Positions 34,124-43,294 of a stretch of 54,459 nt of DNA are shown piece after piece. Under the pieces are notes generated by a model. It was not told where the DNA came from, made no database searches, and saw only the letters and a list, made by a program, of their open reading frames with translations. Origin of the DNA: an uncultured Erysipelotrichaceae bacterium (lineage in GTDB: Bacteria > Bacillota_I > Bacilli_A > RFN20 > CAG-288); contig CACYDF010000089.1 of NCBI GenBank assembly GCA_902773085.1, positions 1 to 54,459 of the forward strand. The letters are read 5' to 3'. The position numbers and the translations under genes are program-made. Numbering within the stretch: position 1 is the first letter of the stretch; each line of letters begins with the position of its first letter.

Positions 34124-36782
34124 TATTAATTTGATAAGAACACTTGGAGCCGTTATTAAATAATGCTTTGTTTCCAAAGCCAGCTGGAACAAGTAAAGAA
34201 TTAAATATAGTTGTTTCTTCAGCATCTAAGGCGGTATTACTATTACGCTTTTTAATAATACTCCATTGTTTGCTTGTGTAATATTGGGTTGGGCCATTGT
34301 ATTCAAGCCAATAATATAAATTGTTTAATTCTTCAGGAGACAAATCTTTAACTAGTGAAGAAAGGAAACCAAAGCAAGATAAGGAATTTCTTTTTTCATT
34401 TTCTTTCATTCTGGAAGGATATTCCATTACAGTTGTAGGGGTTGTATAACTTCCTATTTCAAAGCTAGATCCACTTTTGAAAAGAACAGAATTGCAGTCA
34501 GATGTAGTGGACTTTAGGTAATAAGAAGAATCAACATATTCTTCATTGTCGACAGTAAGGATTCTAATTTCATCACAGTAATTAGCAAATTTTTCGCCAC
34601 CTACTATATTTGCAATTGCACCATTTCGATTTTTAGAACCATGTTCAGCAAACTCGCCATACTCAGTATTAGTAATAGGACAAGCAAGAAGTTCATTTTC
34701 ACCTAGAGAAATGAGGTGAACAGGATCTGAAGGAACTACATATTCGTTATTAGAATATACTAAACCTCTTTTATCAACGTGATAAATTCTTACACCAGTA
34801 TTTGTAAAATTTTGAGTAGAATAAACATCATATCCTTTGGTATTAAGATTATCATTGATACTACTTGAATAAGGGTAATTAGATTCAGGTGTGAAAAAGT
34901 CAATAACAAGATATTCATCATAAGGAATGAATTTTGTTTCACCACGACTATTCTTATAATATGAACTTGAATAATCAAGAGAATCATAAGGTATAACAAC
35001 AACTTGGTTTTTGTATAAAGAGGGTTTTAACGTAATTGTAGATTTTCCGTATACTAAATATGGTTTTGTCCAACCTAGAAGAAGTTTACTATATGGATTA
35101 TGATCGAGGAAGTTTTTATCCATGAAATCAAGACCGCCAAGAGGGGCGTAATTTGCGACGTGTGAATTACCTTTAGTTTGAAAAACATAAGGAGCATCAC
35201 TGCTTGCTGTTACTGAATAGTAGTCGCTAAGTCCAAGTAAGTGACCTGTTTCGTGAATAATAGAATGTGCATCTCCAGTAGAGTTTTGACCAGTTGTTCC
35301 TGCACTAGTAGTTTTTTGTGCTTTATAGAAATCATCATTTAAAGTGCCGATAGGAGTCCATGCAAACATATTAACAACTGGTTCAGATACATTAGGAGTT
35401 GTATTTAAAAGGTTATTAGTATGTGGCCAGCCAGCATGTGAATTATTGGCTAAAGGACTGATAGGATTAAATGATACAAACCATAGCGCATCAATATAAC
35501 CATCTCCATTAGAATCAAAGTCTCTTAAATCAAAACCAGACTTCTTAACATAGCTGACAGCATCTTTAAGCATAGGGGCTAAATCATTATCAGTAAGAAC
35601 TGGTAAGCCATCACTACCAAAATTAATTTTATACGATTTTGATCCATCAATTTGAGGATTAAATGGAGGCGCAACTTGTCCGTAAAAATTTAACAAGCCA
35701 TAACTGCTCTTATAGTAGAAAGATCTAAGAGACTCATAATATAAATCATCAGAGTTTCCAAAGAAGCACTTCTCTATTATTGATAAATTTTCATCAGTGA
35801 ATAACTCGTGGCTTTTGCTGTTATTAAAGTAAAAAGGAATTACTAAAACAGGAACATCACCAATAGAGGGACACACTATTTTTTCCTCGTCGTTTTTTGT
35901 TCTAAAATAATCAAAACCAAAAGAGTTATCTACTTGACTTGGACTGATATAATTTTCTGTGCCTGTTTGTCTAGATTGATCAATCTCATTATTTGTAATA
36001 GTTAAAGTAATTGTTTCGTCAGTATCATATTTAACTATTGTTGATTCATCAAAATCTTCTAAAGATAAAGAAGAGGAAACAGCCGAATCTGTTACGTTTA
36101 TTTTATATGTAGCTGGTGCAGTTTGCTTTCCAGAAAACAAAAAAGAAGGCGCAGTAACTGAAATTGTATAAACCCCTTTGGTCCCTTCTGGAAACATATA
36201 GCCTTTTGTTAAAGGGATGTTTCTATTGTTGTTACGATAAGAAAAAGAACAAGCACTTAGAGGAACATCATAAATCTTTTTTAATTGTTGACCATTAAGT
36301 GTTTCATAAGTTAATAATCTTTTTGCAACTAAACCTTCTCCACTAAATGTACTAGAAGGAGAATTTGCATAATAATATTGATGAATAGGATAAGAAGAGA
36401 TATAGAAGCTTTCACTCATAGCTTCATATATCGTGATTTCTATACTATAGTTTTTATATCCTTCAGAAGAAAAAACCCATCTATATTTTCCTGGTGTTAT
36501 TGAAAGGATGTCACCTTGTCGGATATCCTGTTTAGCATTTGCCCATCTAATTGTGTAGTTAACTTCCTTTTTGTCGCCTGTTTCATAATCGACACCTTTA
36601 ACTATACAATCACTTAAATCGACAGTTTCATTAACAAAATATTCTCTTTTTGTTAAATCTACTTCAAGATAATTATCAGTTGTAATAGTTGCAGCTTCTG
36701 ACAAGCCAAAAATTGTACAACTAGGAATTAGAAGTGAAAGAGAAAAAGATAAAAAAGCAAAAAGACGTTTTTGTTTTCCCAT
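34116..36782 (-). CDS. Large lipoprotein with M6 (immune inhibitor A)-like zinc metalloprotease motif
   Basis: Signal peptide plus lipobox (LLIPS-C). HETGHLLGLSDYY fits HExxHxxGxxD. 8-nt 3' overlap with the convergent DUF368 gene. Confidence 0.72.
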   Translation of the reverse strand: MGKQKRLFAFLSFSLSLLIPSCTIFGLSEAATITTDNYLEVDLTKREYFVNETVDLSDCIVKGVDYETGDKKEVNYTIRWANAKQDIRQGDILSITPGKYRWVFSSEGYKNYSIEITIYEAMSESFYISSYPIHQYYYANSPSSTFSGEGLVAKRLLTYETLNGQQLKKIYDVPLSACSFSYRNNNRNIPLTKGYMFPEGTKGVYTISVTAPSFLFSGKQTAPATYKINVTDSAVSSSLSLEDFDESTIVKYDTDETITLTITNNEIDQSRQTGTENYISPSQVDNSFGFDYFRTKNDEEKIVCPSIGDVPVLVIPFYFNNSKSHELFTDENLSIIEKCFFGNSDDLYYESLRSFYYKSSYGLLNFYGQVAPPFNPQIDGSKSYKINFGSDGLPVLTDNDLAPMLKDAVSYVKKSGFDLRDFDSNGDGYIDALWFVSFNPISPLANNSHAGWPHTNNLLNTTPNVSEPVVNMFAWTPIGTLNDDFYKAQKTTSAGTTGQNSTGDAHSIIHETGHLLGLSDYYSVTASSDAPYVFQTKGNSHVANYAPLGGLDFMDKNFLDHNPYSKLLLGWTKPYLVYGKSTITLKPSLYKNQVVVIPYDSLDYSSSYYKNSRGETKFIPYDEYLVIDFFTPESNYPYSSSINDNLNTKGYDVYSTQNFTNTGVRIYHVDKRGLVYSNNEYVVPSDPVHLISLGENELLACPITNTEYGEFAEHGSKNRNGAIANIVGGEKFANYCDEIRILTVDNEEYVDSSYYLKSTTSDCNSVLFKSGSSFEIGSYTTPTTVMEYPSRMKENEKRNSLSCFGFLSSLVKDLSPEELNNLYYWLEYNGPTQYYTSKQWSIIKKRNSNTALDAEETTIFNSLLVPAGFGNKALFNNGSKCSYQINIS

Positions 36783-36853
36783 ATTATTTAATAATTAATG
36801 CAATATTTATTATATATAATACCATTATTTTCGGCAATTAAAAAGAAAGCCAA

Positions 36854-39800
36854 TTAGAAAAGAGTCATCTGATCAGATTCTGGAAGAGAATCAAGAGCAT
36901 GAATGTTTCGTAGCATTTCAAGAACCCTTTCATTGACATGAGCTCTTTCTTGTAAATCGACAATACTAGAAAACGGCCTAATCTTTCTTTCCTTAACAAT
37001 ATTTTCAGCAATAGCCTCTCCTAGATTATCTAAAGTGATGAAAGGAGGAATTAATTTTCCTGTTTTTTCATTTATTAAAAACTTATTTGTATCAGATAGT
37101 TCAATCGAGATATTTTCAAATTCAATACCACGATCATACATTTCAATAGTGACTTCGTATGTGGTAATTAAATTAGATTCTTTTGCATCAACTTTTTCTC
37201 TATTTGCAATTTTATTCCTAATAAAATTTATTTTCTCCTTGCAAGCAGAAATTCCCTTTTGCATAGTCACTATGTCATATGCATCACTTCTAAGTGAAAA
37301 ATAGGCTGCATAGTATTCTTTTGGATGATAAATTTTAAACCAGGCACAACGACAGGCCATAGCAACATAAGCAACTGCGTGAGCTTTTGGGAAAAGATAT
37401 TCTATCTTCTCACAAGAACGTATATAGTATTCTGGAACTTTGTGTTCTCTCATCATCTGAACATACTTAATAAAGTTATCGCCTAAGCTCTTTTTATTGA
37501 ACTTGCCTTTTCTTACATTCTCCATTATTTGGAAGGCTGTCGATTTATCAAAACCATATTTATTTACAAGAGTAATCATAATATCGTCTCGACAAGCAAT
37601 AACATCAGATAAAAGTAAACCATCATTAATAATTAAATCTCGCGCATTTCCTCTATAAACATTAGTTCCATGAGAAAGGCCGCAGATTCTAACTAAGTCT
37701 GCAAAAGACTTTGGCTGAGTCTCTTTTAGTGTATCTCTACCAATAGAAGTTCCAAATTCAGGAAGACCTAAAGCTCCAGTTTCTTGTTTTAATGCATTAT
37801 CTTTTAAATTTAAAACAGCTGTTGAGAAAAAGACAGAAACGACTTTAGGATCAGTAATATCAACATCGTATCTTAAATCACCAAGGGAAGAAAACTTAAT
37901 ATTGCACAATTCATTCATTAATTTAACTGTACAAGGGTCAGTGTGAGATAGTGCATCAAATTTTAAAACATTATCATGAATAGCGTGGAAATCAAAATGT
38001 GTAGTTTTCCAAGAGGCATCAGAATTATTAGCAGGATATTGATAAGGAGAAAAATCAAATATTTCTTTACCTTTTGGAATAACAATAATTCCACCTGGGT
38101 GTTGACCTGTGCTTCTTCTTACTTCAGTTATACCAGAAGCAAGGTAGTCTAGTTGCGCATCAGATATATCACCTGTAGGAACACCAAGAGATTCATAATA
38201 ACCAAGAACATAACCTCTTGCTTGCTTTTCTTGAGTAGCTTGAATAGTACCTGCTCTAAAACAAGAATTACCAGTTTTATTTAATTCACTAGCTAAGTGT
38301 TCCATTGCCTGATCTTGGAAATCAGAAGGAAAATTTAAATCAATATCAGGAACCTTTTCAGCATGGAATCCAAGGAAGACAGCAAAGGGAATATTTTGAC
38401 CATCTCTATCAAGTTCATGCCCACATTTAGGGCAAGCTTTTGGCTCCAAATCAAAACCAGATTCATATTGATTTTCATCGGCCCATTCAAGGTAATGACA
38501 AGATGGACATAGGTAATGAGGAGGCAAAGGATTAACTTCAGAAATACCAGAAAACATAGCCACTAAAGATGAACCAACAGAACCTCGAGATCCAACAATA
38601 TAACCTTGGTCATTTGTCCATTTAACAATCATTGATGAAAGCCAATAAATAACACCATATCCATTAGAGACAATACCGTTTAATTCTTCATCTAATCTAG
38701 ACTTAATTTTTTCAGGAAGAGGAGAACCATATTTCTCAGTAGCGGTTTGATTTACAAGAGAAATTAATAAGTCATCACAACCTGGCATATATGGAGTATG
38801 AAGGCCTTGTGTAATAGGTATTAAATTAGGAATGGAATCAGCAATTTTATTTGTGTTTTCAACAACAATTTCATCAACTAATTCATCATCATTTAAAAAC
38901 GCAAATTGTTCCTTCATTTCAGTAGTTGTTAGAAATTCTTGGTCAGGATTTGGAAGAGGATGAGAATACCATTCTTGTAAAATCTTCTGATTCTTTTCGT
39001 GTTCAAAAGGAGCAAGATTTAATGGATGCCTAACGCCTTTCAATCCCTTAGCAGATATTAATACATCTCTAAATTTCTTTTCGTCTTTATCGAAGTAATG
39101 GACATCGCCAGTTGCGCAAACAATTTTATTTTGAGATTTAGCAACTTTTATTAAATCAGACAAAATTTCTTGCACCATAGTTTCGTCAGTCAGTCTCCCG
39201 CGGTGGATTAAGTATAAATAATTTTTTGGTGGTTGGACCTCAATAATGTCATAAAACTTCATTGACTCAATTAAGGTTGCATCACCTTTTGTCATAGCAT
39301 TGTTAAATACTTCTCCGTTTAAGCATGCACTACCTAAATAGAGGTTATCTCTAAGTGAAATTAGCTCGTCTCTAGTCACAAAAGGATTACCAGATTTTGA
39401 TATATGTTCAGTTGAAGAAATAGATATTAATTTGTATAAATCTTTTATACCTTGTTCATTCTTTGCATAGGCAGTTACATGGTAAGGGAATATAGATTCT
39501 AGGCTTTGTTTATCAAGAGTTAAATTCTCTAAATCTTTATGTTTAATTTGCTTTCCAAATTTATTAAAAAGTTGCTGTAATATTCCAGAGAAAATTAGAG
39601 ATAATCTATCAGCATCATAGTTAGCTCTGTGAGCAGTAGAATCATCAAATTCAATCTGTAGTTTTCTAGCTATAGCTTTTTCATTATAAGAAGAAAAATC
39701 AGGATATAAATATCTTGCAATTTCAAGTGTGTCAATTACTGGATTAGTAATTTTTTCCATACCGTTATTTACTAAGGCTTCATTAATAAAGTCATAGTCA

Positions 39801-41197
39801 AAAGCAGCGTTGTGTGCAACTAAAATACAGTCAGAAAAGAACTCTTTTATTTCTTCCAAAGCTTGCTTAATTTGTTTACCTGAATCGGCTTCAAGTTGAG
39901 ATATGTGAGATACATCCATAGAGAACTTACTAATCTTCTGATTTGGTTTTATAAAGAAATTTACTTCATCTATTTTTCTTCCATGTGCATTAACTTTCAC
40001 AGCACCAAATTCAATAAGACGATTATACTTACAAGAAAGGCCAGTTGTTTCAGTATCGAATATAACAAAGGTTGCATCTTGTAATATTTGCTCAGAGGGA
40101 TTATAGATAAATTTTCTTTTAGTATCGACCATGTAAAGTTCACAACCATAGATTATTTTTAAACCAGTTTTTTGTGCAACATTATATGCATTAGGAAAAG
40201 CTTGAACAACTCCGTGATCAGTAATTGCAAAAGCAGTATGGCCAAGTTTTTTTAATTTGTCTGCATAAGTTTCAACACTTGTTACACCATCAAGAGTAGA
40301 CATTTTTGTGTGAAGATGAAGTTCAACTCTTTTCTTTTTTGCATAATCAACTTTTGGAGGAGTGCTAGGAAGAGTAGTAATTGAATATGGTTGAATGCAC
40401 AGTTGTCCCCGATTAAAGTCATCTCGTGTAACTCTTCCAGTAACTTTAACACTAACTCCTTCTTCGTATTGATCTAGTTCTTCTTTTGTTCTTCTTTTAT
40501 TCTCAAATAACGTAAAATAGGTTGCATAAGTAGAATCTGCGATATAGATTGTTTTAATTAATAAGTTTTTTTTAGAATATTTAGAATCAGTTTTAAATAT
40601 TTTTCCTTCAACAATTACACTGTTATAAATACTCATATCTTTAATTTTTACTTGATGGAATTCATTTTGATGAGCTAATAATTCTTGTTCTTGCATTGAA
40701 AAAGCAAGAGATTCTAAGTTATGCTCTCTTTCTAAATCATCAAGAATAGTATCATCTGAGAACACAGACTCTTGTAAATAAACATTATATGAAGAAGAAA
40801 TAGAGTTAAGGAACTCTCCTGCTTTAGTAACAGTTCCACTCATTTCATCTAAGACTTCTTGATTTGTATAAAAGAATATTATTTTCTTTTCTTTTTCAAA
40901 TATTTGTTGTCGATAATTTGGGCAGATTTCATCAATTAAATTTTCAATATTATCTTCATTTTCATATGCAAAAGAAAGTTGAACAGAAAAACCACCACTA
41001 GAAAAAAAGCTATTACATTTCTCAAATAAAGTCAAATAACTTTTATAAGGTAAATACTTAGGATTCTTAATTGTTGCAATGATACGATTGTTCTCGGCGT
41101 CGTTAATAAGATTCGAAAAAAAAGCAGAAGAAAAATTTTTCTTTTCTTCTTCTGTAAAGCCAATTTTTGTCAAAAATCTATCTAATTTATTATCCAT
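36854..41197 (-). CDS. polC: DNA polymerase III PolC-type alpha subunit
   Basis: 1447 aa. PHP (HLHTKMS), inserted DEDD exonuclease (FVIFDTETTGL, VAHNAAFDYDFI), Zn-finger Cys pairs (CPSCH...CPKCGH), and polymerase core. Confidence 0.97.
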   Translation of the reverse strand: MDNKLDRFLTKIGFTEEEKKNFSSAFFSNLINDAENNRIIATIKNPKYLPYKSYLTLFEKCNSFFSSGGFSVQLSFAYENEDNIENLIDEICPNYRQQIFEKEKKIIFFYTNQEVLDEMSGTVTKAGEFLNSISSSYNVYLQESVFSDDTILDDLEREHNLESLAFSMQEQELLAHQNEFHQVKIKDMSIYNSVIVEGKIFKTDSKYSKKNLLIKTIYIADSTYATYFTLFENKRRTKEELDQYEEGVSVKVTGRVTRDDFNRGQLCIQPYSITTLPSTPPKVDYAKKKRVELHLHTKMSTLDGVTSVETYADKLKKLGHTAFAITDHGVVQAFPNAYNVAQKTGLKIIYGCELYMVDTKRKFIYNPSEQILQDATFVIFDTETTGLSCKYNRLIEFGAVKVNAHGRKIDEVNFFIKPNQKISKFSMDVSHISQLEADSGKQIKQALEEIKEFFSDCILVAHNAAFDYDFINEALVNNGMEKITNPVIDTLEIARYLYPDFSSYNEKAIARKLQIEFDDSTAHRANYDADRLSLIFSGILQQLFNKFGKQIKHKDLENLTLDKQSLESIFPYHVTAYAKNEQGIKDLYKLISISSTEHISKSGNPFVTRDELISLRDNLYLGSACLNGEVFNNAMTKGDATLIESMKFYDIIEVQPPKNYLYLIHRGRLTDETMVQEILSDLIKVAKSQNKIVCATGDVHYFDKDEKKFRDVLISAKGLKGVRHPLNLAPFEHEKNQKILQEWYSHPLPNPDQEFLTTTEMKEQFAFLNDDELVDEIVVENTNKIADSIPNLIPITQGLHTPYMPGCDDLLISLVNQTATEKYGSPLPEKIKSRLDEELNGIVSNGYGVIYWLSSMIVKWTNDQGYIVGSRGSVGSSLVAMFSGISEVNPLPPHYLCPSCHYLEWADENQYESGFDLEPKACPKCGHELDRDGQNIPFAVFLGFHAEKVPDIDLNFPSDFQDQAMEHLASELNKTGNSCFRAGTIQATQEKQARGYVLGYYESLGVPTGDISDAQLDYLASGITEVRRSTGQHPGGIIVIPKGKEIFDFSPYQYPANNSDASWKTTHFDFHAIHDNVLKFDALSHTDPCTVKLMNELCNIKFSSLGDLRYDVDITDPKVVSVFFSTAVLNLKDNALKQETGALGLPEFGTSIGRDTLKETQPKSFADLVRICGLSHGTNVYRGNARDLIINDGLLLSDVIACRDDIMITLVNKYGFDKSTAFQIMENVRKGKFNKKSLGDNFIKYVQMMREHKVPEYYIRSCEKIEYLFPKAHAVAYVAMACRCAWFKIYHPKEYYAAYFSLRSDAYDIVTMQKGISACKEKINFIRNKIANREKVDAKESNLITTYEVTIEMYDRGIEFENISIELSDTNKFLINEKTGKLIPPFITLDNLGEAIAENIVKERKIRPFSSIVDLQERAHVNERVLEMLRNIHALDSLPESDQMTLF

Positions 41198-41322
41198 ATT
41201 TCTCTTTAGTATTATACAAAAATAATAAATATTTATTATTTTATTTCACTAGAAAAACGTTTTTATCATATTTAATTAAAAAAGAAAGCGAAAATAAGCA
41301 AAAGAATAATGAGAGGAAAATA

Positions 41323-43293
41323 ATGGAATTAATCAGATTTGAGAATGTTTCTTTTTGTTATTCAAATGAAAATAACGTTCTTTTTAATATTTCTTTTTCT
41401 TTAAAAGATAATGGACTAGTTATTATCTTAGGAGAATCGGGAAGTGGTAAAAGCACCCTTCTTTCTCTAATGAATCATTCTTTAGTTCCAACAAGTGGGA
41501 AGATTATTAAGAAAGAAGGAGTAAGAATATCTACTTCTTTTCAGTCACCTACATTACTTGATTATTTAAATGTTAAAGAAAATGTAGCTTTACCTTTGTA
41601 TTTAAAAGATGAAAAAGATGATCTAATTGACGAAGAGGTTGATAATGCTTTATTACAAGTTGATATGCTTGATAAGAAGGAGCGAGATATTAAGAACCTT
41701 TCAGGTGGTGAAAAAATGAGAGTTTCCATTGCAAGAGCACTTGTAAATAAAAGCAATATTCTAATTTTAGATGAGCCAACAGGCGCTTTAGATGATATTA
41801 CGACAAAAGAAATCTATTCATTAATAAAAAAATTATCAGAAAAAATGTTAATAGTTTTAGTTACTCATGATGAAAAAGGCGCATATGATTTAGCAGAAAT
41901 ATTATACGAACTTAAAGAAGGAAGACTTAATTTAGTTTTTAACAAAAAAAAAGAAAACAAAAAAGAAACAGAAGTAGTTAAAGAAGATAATAGGCATATA
42001 AGTTACAAAAAAGGAATGCTATTAAATTTAAAGTATTTGTTAAAACACAAGATAAGAATAATGTTATGTGTAATCTTCTTATCACTTTCTTTTTCGTTTC
42101 AGTATATTGGTATGAATATATTCTTTAACATCGATAATACTTTAACCAAATCTATGGATATGTTTTACTCTAGTTCAACAGCATATTTATCAAGAGTAGA
42201 ACAGGTAGAAACTTCATCAAATTTGAAGCTTGAAAAAGTCTCCTTACCAGCAAAAAAAGATCTACAAGAATTAGGAGTAAAAAAAGTTAGAAGTTCTCTT
42301 GATTATTTTATTCCTCAATATCAAGAAATATACTTAAATAATATAAGTGGTGATTGCTACTTTTTTCCGGTTGTTGAAGAAGATAAAAGTAAATTAAAAG
42401 AGGGAGAAGGAATACTCAGTTCTGTGAGTATTGTAGTTAACTCTTTATTTGTAAAAATGTTTAAAATAGAAGATTCACCTCTAAATCAAAAAATATATTT
42501 TAATCATCAATTTATTGTTAATGATGATAAAGAAGAAATAAGTGATTTATGCAATTTGGAATTAACATTTATAGTTAGTGGGGTAAGTAAAGAAAGTAGT
42601 TCATTTAGTAAACCAATTGTTTATTATTCATATGAAGGCATATATCAATCATTAAATAAAATAAGATGTGAAAATATATCAAAGAAATATGATAGAGAAG
42701 TTAGTGTAAAAGAGATGCTAGAAACATATAGTTTATCAAGTTGTGATTTAAACAGCAGATCATATGTAATTACAGATAAAGAAATATTACAAATGAAAGA
42801 AAAAATAGAAGAGAAAAATCTAAAACTCAAATTAAATTCTTTAACTATAGAGATATATGATTCAACAAAAGAAGTGGTAACATCAATTACAAAAATAATA
42901 ATGGTGTATTTATTATTGTTTATTATTTTATCTACACTGTTACTATTCTTAAGTACATATTCGCTATATGAAAACAATATTAAGTTTTTAGCGTTAGTAA
43001 AAGTTTTCTCATTGAATAACAAGAAAAACAATTTTATTATAACATTTACAAATGGTATAATTGTATTTCTCACAATTTATTTACTTTTTGCACTTTGTTC
43101 AGTACTGAATACTATTGTTGGGAGTATAGCATTTAAAGTAATGGGGCTACCCAATTTTATTAAGATAATAGATATAAAATCAGCTGGCTTAATTTTTGTT
43201 CTATTAATTATTGTTACAAGTTTTACTTCATTTTTAGCAAGGCAAAAAATAAAAGATAAACGTATAAAAAAAGAATTAGACGGGGAAGACTAA
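41323..43293 (+). CDS. Fused ABC ATPase-permease (MacB/FtsX-like architecture)
   Basis: GESGSGKSTLL, LSGGEKMR, ILILDEPTGALD, then TM1, a loop of roughly 250 aa, and three C-terminal TM helices. Start set at ATG 41323 (SD GAGAGG) because the ORF-track N-terminal 52 aa overlap the polC start. Confidence 0.8.
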   Translation: MELIRFENVSFCYSNENNVLFNISFSLKDNGLVIILGESGSGKSTLLSLMNHSLVPTSGKIIKKEGVRISTSFQSPTLLDYLNVKENVALPLYLKDEKDDLIDEEVDNALLQVDMLDKKERDIKNLSGGEKMRVSIARALVNKSNILILDEPTGALDDITTKEIYSLIKKLSEKMLIVLVTHDEKGAYDLAEILYELKEGRLNLVFNKKKENKKETEVVKEDNRHISYKKGMLLNLKYLLKHKIRIMLCVIFLSLSFSFQYIGMNIFFNIDNTLTKSMDMFYSSSTAYLSRVEQVETSSNLKLEKVSLPAKKDLQELGVKKVRSSLDYFIPQYQEIYLNNISGDCYFFPVVEEDKSKLKEGEGILSSVSIVVNSLFVKMFKIEDSPLNQKIYFNHQFIVNDDKEEISDLCNLELTFIVSGVSKESSSFSKPIVYYSYEGIYQSLNKIRCENISKKYDREVSVKEMLETYSLSSCDLNSRSYVITDKEILQMKEKIEEKNLKLKLNSLTIEIYDSTKEVVTSITKIIMVYLLLFIILSTLLLFLSTYSLYENNIKFLALVKVFSLNNKKNNFIITFTNGIIVFLTIYLLFALCSVLNTIVGSIAFKVMGLPNFIKIIDIKSAGLIFVLLIIVTSFTSFLARQKIKDKRIKKELDGED

Positions 43294-43294
43294 A

